In this document: positions 18,901-26,947 of the stretch, in pieces
How the letters are laid out: each line of letters opens with the position of its first letter
Position numbering within the stretch: position 1 is the stretch's first letter
Source: an uncultured Gemmatimonadaceae bacterium
GTDB taxonomy: Bacteria; Latescibacterota; UBA2968; UBA8231
Assembly: GCA_964520345.1 (NCBI GenBank)
Contig: CAZFMY010000014.1
Coordinates: 10,671-74,670, forward strand
Length of the DNA stretch: 64,000 nt
Direction of reading: 5' to 3'
Translations under genes and position numbers: made by a program
Notes under the pieces: generated by a model
What the model was told of the DNA's origin: nothing
Seen by the model: only the letters and a program-made list of their open reading frames with translations
Database searches by the model: none

Positions 18901-21653
18901 TCTCCGCTGCGCACGCCGGTGTCGACCGTATCGGCCACCGATGGATCTACATGGACGATGATCGGCTTGTGCTTGATCGCAAGTGCTCCGGGACTCCGCG
19001 CAAAGACCGGCGTATTTTTCTGATCGTCGGCGACCAGATAGATATAGTACTCGCCGCTGATCACCTGCGTGATCGAAGCGAAGAGCTTGGCCTTGAGCGC
19101 GGCGGAAGGTTCGTCCCAGGTATAGGACTCGCTCCGGCCCTCGATCAGATCATTTGTACCGCTGGCAAAGATCGAAGAAACATCGTTTTCGTCGGCGATC
19201 AGGGTCCCGAAAATCCGGATGTCCTGCACCGAAGCCAGCGAACTATCGGGCGAATAGTAGAGCGAAACCAAGAGTCCGCTGCTCGCAATCTCGTCGTCGA
19301 TATCGTCGAGGCTGTAGACAATCGGGTACGAGGTGCTGGCCTCATCGCCCACACCATCGGGTTGCGAGATCGAAACTACGGGCGAAGTATTGGACGTAAC
19401 GATATCAATATCAGCCCCGAGTTGAAAGAAGTCTCCGGCCACCACAAAAGACCCCCTCGGGTCGGTAGCGACCCTAACCGTACGCGCCCCCAACCCCGTG
19501 CCGGAAGCGCTGGCCGTCGAGTTGGTCACCACCTGGATATTGGTCGCCGAATCGCTGCCGAGCACGTTGAGTTTGAGCAAGAGACCAATCTTGTCGTCGT
19601 CATCGCCCCACTCATTGGTCGAGCTGGTATCCTCGTTGTATTTGCCCTCGAAGAGCTTGTCGTCGTCGGCCAGGCTGGTAGCCACCGTTTCCCAATCGCC
19701 GGCCAGGAACCCGTCCGTACTGCCCTTGCCCGTTGCACCCAGTCCGCTTCCATCGGCATTATCGGCCGCGTGCACAAAGACCATATTATTGGTGATCTCG
19801 GAAGAGAGACTCTGCGGGTTGACCGGCGTATAGCTCAAATCGTATTGAAATGCTCCAACCGGCACCGAGCGGTCCTCGGATGTCAGAGCGCGACCCAGGA
19901 CCTTAAAGTAGGCGTGGTGATCGACATCGCTGATCCCCTTGACCCCCAATCCCTCTCCACCACCACCCGAAAAAGCCAGATAAAAGCTGGTGTCGCCCTC
20001 GGCCTTGGCCAAAACCGGCGATCCGAGAAAAACATCTGTGGCGGCAATCCCGTCCTCAGTAGCCGAATCCGAGTCGTCATCGGCTACTTTCTCTGGCAGA
20101 ATCCAGCTCGAACCGTTGTAAAACCCATAGTATATATCGTGCTCACCGGCATTATTGGAATACCCGGCGCTGAACGCGATATGAACCTCGCCCTGGTCCG
20201 GGCGCCGATCGTCGATCGCCACCGCCACGCGCTCCGTTACCGTCCACTCGAGTTCGACGTTGTAGTTGGTTCCATCTGCAAAAAGCGGCGAAGCAGCGGT
20301 GCTCCACACCGCCGCGGCCTGACTCGTATTCCAGCCGGCATTCCCGCCAATTGCGTTGTCGTAGGTGTACTTATTGAAGAAGATCGTCTCCAGAGTGGCA
20401 TCCCCGAACTTATAGATTGCGTAGATCTCATCCGGCGAACTTTGCCTATCAACAGCAATGGCCGGAAAGAAGAAATCGGCTTCGGTCTCCAGCGCAGCCA
20501 CCGTGGCTTCATCGACAAAATCATCGATATCCGCTCCGTCGGCGTCCTGATTCCACCCCGTGCTGCCGACCATCTGCCACGAATCAGCCAGCAAGGTCTT
20601 GTGCTCTATATCGTTGCCGGCATCGTTGAAATAGGCCAGATGCAATACATCTCCCGTACCCACATCGATATCCGGGCCAGTGTAGCGCCCGGCATTGGGC
20701 GTGATCCTGATTCCGCCCTTACTGCCACTATTGGCCGATTGACCCACTTCCACCATCGAGAAGGGAGTGGTCTCGCGATCGACCTTGGCCAACATAATAT
20801 CGTCGGCACCGCTGCCGGGACTCGACCCTCGTACGTAGGAGATGAAAATATTGTCGCGCTGGTCGATCACCATCCGGGAAAAGGCCGCGGCCCGGCCCTC
20901 GATATTACCCACCGTCGCCGTATCGTTGACAACGATTGAATTATTTCCCGGCAGCCACGAAGCACCACCGTTTTCTGAATAGTTGAAATAGACGTTATCG
21001 GCATCGCCGCTGGTGTTGACAAATCTCGCCGTGTGGCCATCCGGCGAGTGATTGAAGGCATAGACCACGCGCGGATTGCCCCGGCTGTCCACCTCGATAT
21101 CGACGGTCGAAAAGGCATTGCCGGTTCCGCCAACGCTCAGAGTCAGCAAGTCGTAGCGCAGCGTGCCCGAAACACTGACCGGTGTAGAAAAAGTCTTGCC
21201 CTTATCTTCACTCCGCGCATAGCGGACGTAATAGACCGGAGTCGACACAGTGCTGACCGTTTCCTGGGAGATCCAGGCCATATGGATCACTCCGTTGGAG
21301 GAAACAGCCAGATCGGTCCGCAGCCCATCGACATCGCTGCTTTCGATCTGCACGCTCTGTTCTATATTGTGGAAATGGCCGTAGAGCGGGTGGGTCGGAG
21401 TCGCAGCCTGATCGAGATCGGCGCGCACAGTGACCTGATTGCCCAGAACAAAATCCTCCTGGGTCGTACTGTCCTGGGTCGAAAACCCCACCGGAGTGCG
21501 GTTTTCAAAAATCGGAGCAGCACCGTAGACCGAGGGGGCCAACCAGAGCAGCACCAGCAGTCCGATCGCGATCCAGGGGGTCGAGAACCGCCCTGTGCAC
21601 TGCGATCGACAGCCGGTATGTAGCGGCGTATTGCTCTGAGCCGAGGATTTCAC
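15900..21653 (-). CDS. Giant secreted surface protein B (paralogue of A): Asp-box/BNR region, Ig-like repeats, cohesin-like x2, dockerin, T9SS CTD
   Basis: 1917 aa with a GTG start and signal-like WIAIGLLVLLWLAPSVYGA. Asp-boxes SEDKGKTF and SENGGASW. Long blocks are near-identical to A (HHAYFKVLG, GFLAGDWETVATSLADDDK, NEWGDD.DK.GLLLKLNVLGSDSATN). The module order matches A. Confidence 0.9.
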   Translation of the reverse strand: MKSSAQSNTPLHTGCRSQCTGRFSTPWIAIGLLVLLWLAPSVYGAAPIFENRTPVGFSTQDSTTQEDFVLGNQVTVRADLDQAATPTHPLYGHFHNIEQSVQIESSDVDGLRTDLAVSSNGVIHMAWISQETVSTVSTPVYYVRYARSEDKGKTFSTPVSVSGTLRYDLLTLSVGGTGNAFSTVDIEVDSRGNPRVVYAFNHSPDGHTARFVNTSGDADNVYFNYSENGGASWLPGNNSIVVNDTATVGNIEGRAAAFSRMVIDQRDNIFISYVRGSSPGSGADDIMLAKVDRETTPFSMVEVGQSANSGSKGGIRITPNAGRYTGPDIDVGTGDVLHLAYFNDAGNDIEHKTLLADSWQMVGSTGWNQDADGADIDDFVDEATVAALETEADFFFPAIAVDRQSSPDEIYAIYKFGDATLETIFFNKYTYDNAIGGNAGWNTSQAAAVWSTAASPLFADGTNYNVELEWTVTERVAVAIDDRRPDQGEVHIAFSAGYSNNAGEHDIYYGFYNGSSWILPEKVADDDSDSATEDGIAATDVFLGSPVLAKAEGDTSFYLAFSGGGGEGLGVKGISDVDHHAYFKVLGRALTSEDRSVPVGAFQYDLSYTPVNPQSLSSEITNNMVFVHAADNADGSGLGATGKGSTDGFLAGDWETVATSLADDDKLFEGKYNEDTSSTNEWGDDDDKIGLLLKLNVLGSDSATNIQVVTNSTASASGTGLGARTVRVATDPRGSFVVAGDFFQLGADIDIVTSNTSPVVSISQPDGVGDEASTSYPIVYSLDDIDDEIASSGLLVSLYYSPDSSLASVQDIRIFGTLIADENDVSSIFASGTNDLIEGRSESYTWDEPSAALKAKLFASITQVISGEYYIYLVADDQKNTPVFARSPGALAIKHKPIIVHVDPSVADTVDTGVRSGENANPYDLDFTVRDFDLQGTAEIQLFYASVSGLSSVSVIGTFPNQRFTLGKSVSGVRAIPITGTDTLTSIATEFSWDITDSVAVRVGAGIDSQIVAENAYFIYLVASDSLNLAVGQSAAALTVKHSPSFTFYEPPKDTHRNINSGSQPVYAIQWQKGRSDQDFDNDAMIDLYFTTDNPATVNYENFPDSLLKDADTRTVVKGLKEDAEGKSDMYIWDFRSPPNDVPRSKRKVWLYAVISDSSGNSSVALGGALTIEHDPHINLLSSKLNSYSNFQKNDVLRITWDDYMVDDGSSTDNAYIRLYASTSSSLLTPQLLEADIGNNGFLINSSNGLTTGTISEVREDSLDFFDWNTKLFGAAGSNYYIYAAILSDPTFSNGSNAASVSRSVAALSLSGTGSMPNISVSPTDQLVAVGDTLTLDVMVQHTSPINFVQVVLDLNSSTSFSIVDQSSNSGPQPFVDLDEVFAGTSPIENTFVSGSNELRFSKSSFLGQVVGSATQPARLARFQLVPTGNLVAAPSLTFATGEAGTVLGVEGRSDPFDSGDGLTLSNPQFTRVTRGTITAIVELEGRTLNDNNFQTLLDVHLRQPGSTIDITDPIFISANDDYTATSDTVEVETALTTGALTLSSVPPGRYVLTVKDSSHISGRTDTFTVANGQTVAVGTDISGFFSSDLRGDPTTLLDNSGRRLMAGDASEDNEINEDDVNIIIAAWGTSQIAPRFQQADLNNDNEVGAADLTATTSNFGNSEGFGAPPVFKPIVPGANDGAVVEILPLFDLRQPLWPGREIEVAVQAQNLGDLAGYEFDLYFDPQLMRLVPGGTREGDVFAENPRGAIFEARTDHGGTIEVIGARYGKEWSAVGQGALARLRFEILHEDALESLRTGEGMLLSSGYELERVRWQGNLIEALLPLRPDLEQNYPNPFNPSTSIPFALPNRASVRLSVFNVLGQRMRTLLNGPVEAGYHQMAWDGRDDTGRQVGAGVYFYRLESGQFQQIRKMTLVK
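15903..16169 (-). other. T9SS type-A C-terminal sorting domain of protein B
   Basis: DLEQNYPNPFNPSTSIPFALP...LSVFNVLGQRMRTLL...GVYFYRLESG...IRKMTLVK. It ends in the same MTLVK as protein A. Confidence 0.85.
16218..16607 (-). other. Cohesin-like module 2 of protein B (boundaries approximate)
   Basis: VVEILPLFDLRQPLWPGREIEVAVQAQNLGDLAGYEFDLYFDPQLMRLVPG...ALARLRFEIL. Confidence 0.55.
16665..16832 (-). other. Dockerin (two Ca-binding segments) of protein B
   Basis: GDASEDNEINEDDVNIIIAAWG ... ADLNNDNEVGAADLTATTSNF. Confidence 0.75.
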
Positions 21654-21947
21654 AATTCCATTCCTTAGAATTATCGTTCCACCCGTTGAGAACGAAAGAC
21701 TCCCTTCACAAGCCCCGGTTCAGCAAGAAAGATGCCATACTTATATATGGGCAAAAGATCTGGCTTAAACCCCAGATAAGGTGCCATTTCTCTTCTGACG
21801 AAAGGAATTTCCTTCTTTTGATTCGGGAAAGATCTTCCCCTGCAGAGGGTAATTGCCCCATCCAGCCCCCCGATTTCACCCGGGTCCATCCTGGCATGAG
21901 ATTTGCCCCCTATCCTGCGGCAGGTCCTACTCAGGGAGGAAGCGCTT

Positions 21948-24900
21948 GTGGACAAACGAAACCTATACAACCTGATTTTTGTACTTTTCAGCTTGCCGGC
22001 GACCCTATTCGCCGCCCGGTTGGAACTGCGTCAATCCGGCACCGGAGCCACGGAAGCCTCCGCGCTAGTCGGTCAGGAGATCGAAATCGAGGTCTGGATC
22101 GATTCGGAAAGCGAAGAGCTTTCCGGAGCGGCGATCTTTCTCAGCTTTGACGAAACGCGCTTCGCGCTGGTTGATGAGGATCGGGTCCCCCAGGCAGGTT
22201 TCCAGCCCTTCGCTCCGGGCGAGTTTCTGGGCAACGGCGAAATCTATCGCAACTATCTGCTTGCAGAGGATGACCCGGCTGCCGGGGCCCCCGGCACCCA
22301 ACTCGACTATAGCGTGGTCCGCGCCGGTGACCAGGGGCAGGGACCTATCGCCTCTTTTCGCCTGCGAACATTGGCCCCCACTATAGGGAGTGCGATCCGC
22401 ATCGACGAAAGCGGGGTGCGCGAGACGCGTTTGTTCCTGCCCGATGGTCAGCAACGCGCTTTCCGCTTCATCACCCCATTCAACCTTACTGTAAAGGGCA
22501 TCTCGATCAGCGGCCTGCCCGAAAAACTGATCCTGGCTCGGGGCAGTACCCGGGAACTAGACCTGAACGATCTGGTTTTCGATCCGCTCTACGGCCCCGA
22601 CGACCTGACCTGGACCATCTCCAAAACTGCGGCGCTGACCTCGACTCGCGAAGGCAATAATCTACTCTTAGAGACCCCTGCCGACGCTTCACCGTGGGAA
22701 CGATTGGTGCTCACAGTCGCCAATCCCGAAGGACAGACTGCATCTGATACGATCGATATATTCGTCAACGCAGCCCCCACCCTGAGCGATATAGGCCCAC
22801 TGGTCTTTGCCGAAGACGAATCCTACGAAATCCCCCTCGACGCCCTAGTCGACGATCCCGATAGCCCCACCGAGTCGCTCACCTGGAGCGGTTGGAGCGA
22901 AAGCCCGAAAATCGAAATAGAACTCACCGGATCGCCCGCTAGCGCCCATATTGTTCCGCAACCCGAGTGGCACGGTCAGGGACAGATCACACTGATGGTC
23001 CAGGACAACTACGACTTCGCCGATACCCTGCACCTCGAGGTCTCAGTCGATCCGGTCAACGATGCTCCCCGTCTGCTCTCTTCTCCCAACCTGCGCCTGA
23101 CCAGCGGCACTCAGGATAGCAGCCTGGTACTTGCGGAACTGATCGCCGACATCGAAGATCCATCCAGCGCGTTAAAGTTTTCCTGGAGCGGCAACGAGCG
23201 GGTCGGACTGGAGTTCCGCAACGAACGACTGATTCTGAGCAGTCCTGCGGATTGGGAAGGCCTTGAAGAAATCACTCTGGTAGTAGAAGATTCGGGAGGG
23301 CTGACCGATACCGCTCTGCTGACCGTAACGGTTGTTCCCTCCCTGCCCCCGGCTCTCATCGCCCCTCCCCAGCGGCTGGGCCTAGCAGCAGGAGAGCACC
23401 ACCTGCTGGTATTGGGCGACCTTGCCGTCGATCCCGACAATCGCGCCGAAGACCTGGTCTGGACCGTACATGGCCATACCTACCTGAGCGTGCAGTTCAG
23501 CGGCGGCAACCTAGCCCGGATCGAAGCCCCAGCTAATTTCATCGGGATCGAGACTCTGACGTTCTCGGTTGCCGACCCCTCGGGCAGCAGTAGTGCTTTC
23601 GATCTGATCGTCTTCGCGGCCTCGACCGACGGCGGCCCGCTACTCGCAGAACTGCCTGAGATCCAGATGTCGCTCCTCGGAGTGGATACTTCGATCGACC
23701 TCGACCACTACGTCTTCGACCCCGACCACACCCATGCCGAATTGGCCTTCTTCCTACCCGTACTCGACGAGGTCGAGCTTCGAGTCGACCCGCTGACTCA
23801 CTTGCTCATAGTAGACCCCGGCGCCAATGCTCAACCCGGCCTGCTGGAGTTGGAAGTGCGCGTCGTCGACCCGGATGGTCACGAGGCGGTACAGATTCTG
23901 CGCCTTGAACTTCTCGGCGAAAACAACCTTGCTGCACCCTCTTTCGACCTGGCTGAAATTCCCAGTTTCACCCTCATCACTGGCAAGATCCACTCCTTCA
24001 GTCTCGACGCCTTTGTCGTCGGCGACGTCGAACCAGCAACGGTCGTCTGGCAAGCCCAGGGCCAGCAAAACCTGATAGTCGCCATCGACCCGGCCACTCG
24101 CCAGGTCAGCGTGCACTCGGCCGATGCATGGATCGGCAACGAGGAAATCACTTTTATCGCCGAGGCTCCCGATCTGCCGCCGCGGGCGCGCACGGTCCGG
24201 ATCGCTATCATCGCCGACCCTAATTCTCCACCTTTGAGCATCGTTCCCGAACTCAATGCCCTGCCCCCACTGCAAATCGAGGCAGGAACCTTTGATCAGA
24301 CCCTGGACCTCAACACTTTTCTCAGCAACGCCGACGCAGCCGATTTCACCTGGAAATTGAGTGGCGGCACGCATGTCCGCGCACTGGTCGATACGGAAAC
24401 CTACCACCTGCTGGTCTTTACCGACGAGGGGTTTAGCGGCGAGGAAACCCTCTTGCTCATCGGCACACTGACCGATGGCACTCGCCTCGAAACCGCGCTA
24501 GAGGTGGAGGTGTATTCCCAGACCCTGAGCTTTGCCCTCAATCCACAGACCGAAGTTCCCCTCTTCGCCGGCGCCGCCACTTTGCGCCTGCCCTTCGATC
24601 AACTAGTTAGCGGCGATATCGATCCATCTCTGCTCACCTGGGTCGCCAAAGGCCTGCAACCAATATCGGCATCTTACGATTCACAGGATCAGACTCTGGT
24701 CCTGACGCCCGACACCCCCTGGCAAAGCAGCGATCTCATTGAACTAGTCGCCATCGATCCCCAGGGCAACGAATACACCGGAATTGTTCGAGCCCAGGTC
24801 TTCCCGGCTGATGGGAGCGCCGGTCTGGAAAGCGAGGACTTCCAGCTCGTGATCCTGCCCAATCCCCTGCAGCCCGAATACGTCGACCTCTACCTCATCA

Positions 24901-25160
24901 GCCGACTCGACCATAGCGAAGCCCCAATCCTGCGTCTAGCAGACGGCGCCTGGAACGACCTGACCACTAGTGCTCACAGTGCTGGAATCTGGCGGGCTAG
25001 CTACGTTTTTGCACCCGGCCAACGGGGTCAATTCGAATTCCTGGCTCTCAGCTTCGACACCGATAACGAGCTATTCAAATCCATGCAGACCTGGAGTCTG
25101 ACCAACACCAAAAAAATCGCCGCCAAATACACAGGCGGCTATGGGTGGCCTGCGGATTAA
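21948..25160 (+). CDS. Large secreted protein: N-terminal cohesin-like module, eight ~96-aa Ig/cadherin-like repeats, degenerate CTD-like tail
   Basis: GTG 21948 lies 7 nt after GGGAGGA (21934..21940) and gives the signal-like VDKRNLYNLIFVLFSLPATLFAARL. The listed TTG 21903 is less likely. Cohesin-like segment: GQEIEIEVWIDSESEELSGAAIFLSFDETRFALVD. Repeats carry the DPVNDAP and L.W..-type motifs. Confidence 0.85.
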   Translation: MDKRNLYNLIFVLFSLPATLFAARLELRQSGTGATEASALVGQEIEIEVWIDSESEELSGAAIFLSFDETRFALVDEDRVPQAGFQPFAPGEFLGNGEIYRNYLLAEDDPAAGAPGTQLDYSVVRAGDQGQGPIASFRLRTLAPTIGSAIRIDESGVRETRLFLPDGQQRAFRFITPFNLTVKGISISGLPEKLILARGSTRELDLNDLVFDPLYGPDDLTWTISKTAALTSTREGNNLLLETPADASPWERLVLTVANPEGQTASDTIDIFVNAAPTLSDIGPLVFAEDESYEIPLDALVDDPDSPTESLTWSGWSESPKIEIELTGSPASAHIVPQPEWHGQGQITLMVQDNYDFADTLHLEVSVDPVNDAPRLLSSPNLRLTSGTQDSSLVLAELIADIEDPSSALKFSWSGNERVGLEFRNERLILSSPADWEGLEEITLVVEDSGGLTDTALLTVTVVPSLPPALIAPPQRLGLAAGEHHLLVLGDLAVDPDNRAEDLVWTVHGHTYLSVQFSGGNLARIEAPANFIGIETLTFSVADPSGSSSAFDLIVFAASTDGGPLLAELPEIQMSLLGVDTSIDLDHYVFDPDHTHAELAFFLPVLDEVELRVDPLTHLLIVDPGANAQPGLLELEVRVVDPDGHEAVQILRLELLGENNLAAPSFDLAEIPSFTLITGKIHSFSLDAFVVGDVEPATVVWQAQGQQNLIVAIDPATRQVSVHSADAWIGNEEITFIAEAPDLPPRARTVRIAIIADPNSPPLSIVPELNALPPLQIEAGTFDQTLDLNTFLSNADAADFTWKLSGGTHVRALVDTETYHLLVFTDEGFSGEETLLLIGTLTDGTRLETALEVEVYSQTLSFALNPQTEVPLFAGAATLRLPFDQLVSGDIDPSLLTWVAKGLQPISASYDSQDQTLVLTPDTPWQSSDLIELVAIDPQGNEYTGIVRAQVFPADGSAGLESEDFQLVILPNPLQPEYVDLYLISRLDHSEAPILRLADGAWNDLTTSAHSAGIWRASYVFAPGQRGQFEFLALSFDTDNELFKSMQTWSLTNTKKIAAKYTGGYGWPAD
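22500..24803 (+). repeat. Eight tandem ~96-codon Ig-like modules (tandem-95-repeat-like), diverged
   Basis: Recurrent pattern (D/E)xLxW(T/S)...W.G.E.ITL.V.D..G...D...L.V.V, for example PDDLTWTISK, TESLTWSGWS, SALKFSWSGN, AEDLVWTVHG, PATVVWQAQG, AADFTWKLSG, PSLLTWVAKG. 768 aa / 8 = 96 aa per unit. Confidence 0.7.
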
Positions 25161-25363
25161 TGATTTTGCCCTGAATACATCCACAATCCGTTCTGAGACC
25201 GACCCCATTTGAACCTGATTCGCTCGTACTGACACCCCCCAATTCCGCTCAACCCAGGATTCGCGAGAGCTGCGGCTCACTCTCGTATTGCCCTTGATAC
25301 TCCCCGGCCTTAGTTTGAAGAGATCTCGGCCCTGTGCATCAACCGACCCGCTGCAATACCCGG

Positions 25364-26167
25364 ATGAATATCTCTGTTAAAAACGATTTGGTCCTGGCTA
25401 TAACCACTACCACCCGCCCCGGCGATCAAGAGCAGCAAAAGGCACAAACCCTGGCCGAACAAACCGGCTACCCCTACCTCCCACGCCAAAATGGTTCACT
25501 AGCTAAACAAGCCGCCCAATCCCATCTAGACGGCCTGCTGGTCGTCGAGCGTAAAACCCTGGCCCTCTGGCTAGCGGGTGAGGTTTTTCGCTACCATCCC
25601 AATATGGCCAAACTCCGACTCCTGGCGCTTTTATCCGGCAAGAACGATTCACTGGCCAGCGCAATGGAGCTCACTCCCGGCGAGAGCGTCCTCGACTGCA
25701 CCTGCGGTCTTGGGGCCGATGCCATCCTCGCCGCGCATATCGTCGGCGAAAATGGCCGCGTATGTGCGCTTGAAACCTCGGCTCCACTGGCCCTGCTAGT
25801 AGGTGAAGGCATGGCTTCCTATACCCTGGCCCACCCCGAGGAACTCACCCAGGCCATGCGCCGTATAGAAGTGCGCCAGGTCGACTTCGCCCACGCGTTG
25901 CGCCAAGCAGAGGAGTCCACCTGGGACGTCGTATATTTCGACCCCATGTTCAACAAGACCATCGACGCGGCTACCGGCCTGGATCTCGTCCGCCGCCTGG
26001 GCCACTCCGGAATCCCCTCGCCCGCCGATCTGGACCAGGCCCGGCGCGTCGCCCGCCGCCGGGTGATCATGAAGGATCGCCAGCCCGGCCCCAACCTCAC
26101 GCGCCTCGGCTTCGCCAAAGTTCAGGAGGGACGTCGAATTTGTTACGGCACCCTCAAAGCCCTTTAG
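25364..26167 (+). CDS. rsmJ: RsmJ-family SAM-dependent methyltransferase (16S rRNA m2G1516 MTase-like)
   Basis: VLDCTCGLGADAILAA..GRVCALETSAPLALLV, DVVYFDPMF and RRVIMKDRQP align with E. coli RsmJ motifs (DATAGLGRDAFVLA, VVYLDPMFP, KRVVVKRP; recalled from memory). ATG 25364 is preferred over GTG 25334. Confidence 0.7.
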   Translation: MNISVKNDLVLAITTTTRPGDQEQQKAQTLAEQTGYPYLPRQNGSLAKQAAQSHLDGLLVVERKTLALWLAGEVFRYHPNMAKLRLLALLSGKNDSLASAMELTPGESVLDCTCGLGADAILAAHIVGENGRVCALETSAPLALLVGEGMASYTLAHPEELTQAMRRIEVRQVDFAHALRQAEESTWDVVYFDPMFNKTIDAATGLDLVRRLGHSGIPSPADLDQARRVARRRVIMKDRQPGPNLTRLGFAKVQEGRRICYGTLKAL

Positions 26168-26173
26168 AAAGGA

Positions 26174-26947
26174 ATGGCCACTGTGGAACTATCCTCTTGC
26201 GCCTGGGCCCTAACCGGCCCCGAAGAAGATGCCCTCGACACCCTCTCTCAGATCGGCTTCCGCTCTGTCGATATACAGGCAAAAACCTTTCAAAGCCCCC
26301 AGGCCCGCACCCGCATCCAAGATCTCGGCTTTAGCGTGCGCTGTCTCGGACTCTCCTTCAACATGGACGACGGTGCCGCCCTCGACGGCACCACCCCCGC
26401 AGCCCGACAAGCCGCCCTCGATCACTGCCGCGAATCCCTGGACCACGCTGCGGCACTGGGCATTGGCACCACTTATGTGGTCCCCGGCGAAGATTCGACC
26501 GCCCTGCCCCATTTCACAACAACGCTGATCCAGGTCGCCGACTTCGCCGCCGAGCGCGGTATATGCGTCGGCGTCGAGCATTTTCCCGGCAAAGCCCTGC
26601 CGACTGCCTCCGGGACCCTCGACTATCTGGCCGACCTCGGCCATCCCAACCTCTACTTGCTTCTGGATTCCGGCCACCTGCAAATATCCAAAGAAGATCC
26701 GGCGACCGTCATCGCCGCCGCCGGAGACCGACTCAGCTATGTACATCTGGACGATAACGACGGCGAGGGCGACCTGCATTGGTCCCTGCTCGATGGCGTG
26801 CTCACAGAAAATGAGCTGGACGCCATTTTTGCCGCTTTAGAGCTAAGTCCCTACAACGGTCCCGTAAGCCTCGAACTCAACCCCAATCTACCAGACCCGA
26901 CCACGGCACTCAGCAAGAGCCGCACCATCACCCTCCAACACCTTTAG
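26174..26947 (+). CDS. Sugar phosphate isomerase/epimerase (xylose-isomerase-like TIM barrel)
   Basis: Family-typical segments: GIGTTYVVPG, VGVEHFPG, LLLDSGHL, YVHLDDNDG. Confidence 0.7.
   Translation: MATVELSSCAWALTGPEEDALDTLSQIGFRSVDIQAKTFQSPQARTRIQDLGFSVRCLGLSFNMDDGAALDGTTPAARQAALDHCRESLDHAAALGIGTTYVVPGEDSTALPHFTTTLIQVADFAAERGICVGVEHFPGKALPTASGTLDYLADLGHPNLYLLLDSGHLQISKEDPATVIAAAGDRLSYVHLDDNDGEGDLHWSLLDGVLTENELDAIFAALELSPYNGPVSLELNPNLPDPTTALSKSRTITLQHL

Noticed and set aside
18951-20939. 662-aa plus-strand ORF
   Set aside because: It lies antisense to giant protein B. The composition is Arg/Gly/Pro-rich with no motif, as expected for a shadow ORF in GC-rich DNA. The minus-strand frame has strong, paralogue-supported protein features.
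21802-21814. AAGGAA-T-TTCCTT palindrome in the divergent promoter region of the giant-protein locus
   Set aside because: Six-bp arms are expected by chance fairly often in a ~300-nt AT-richer spacer, and I could not see a second copy.
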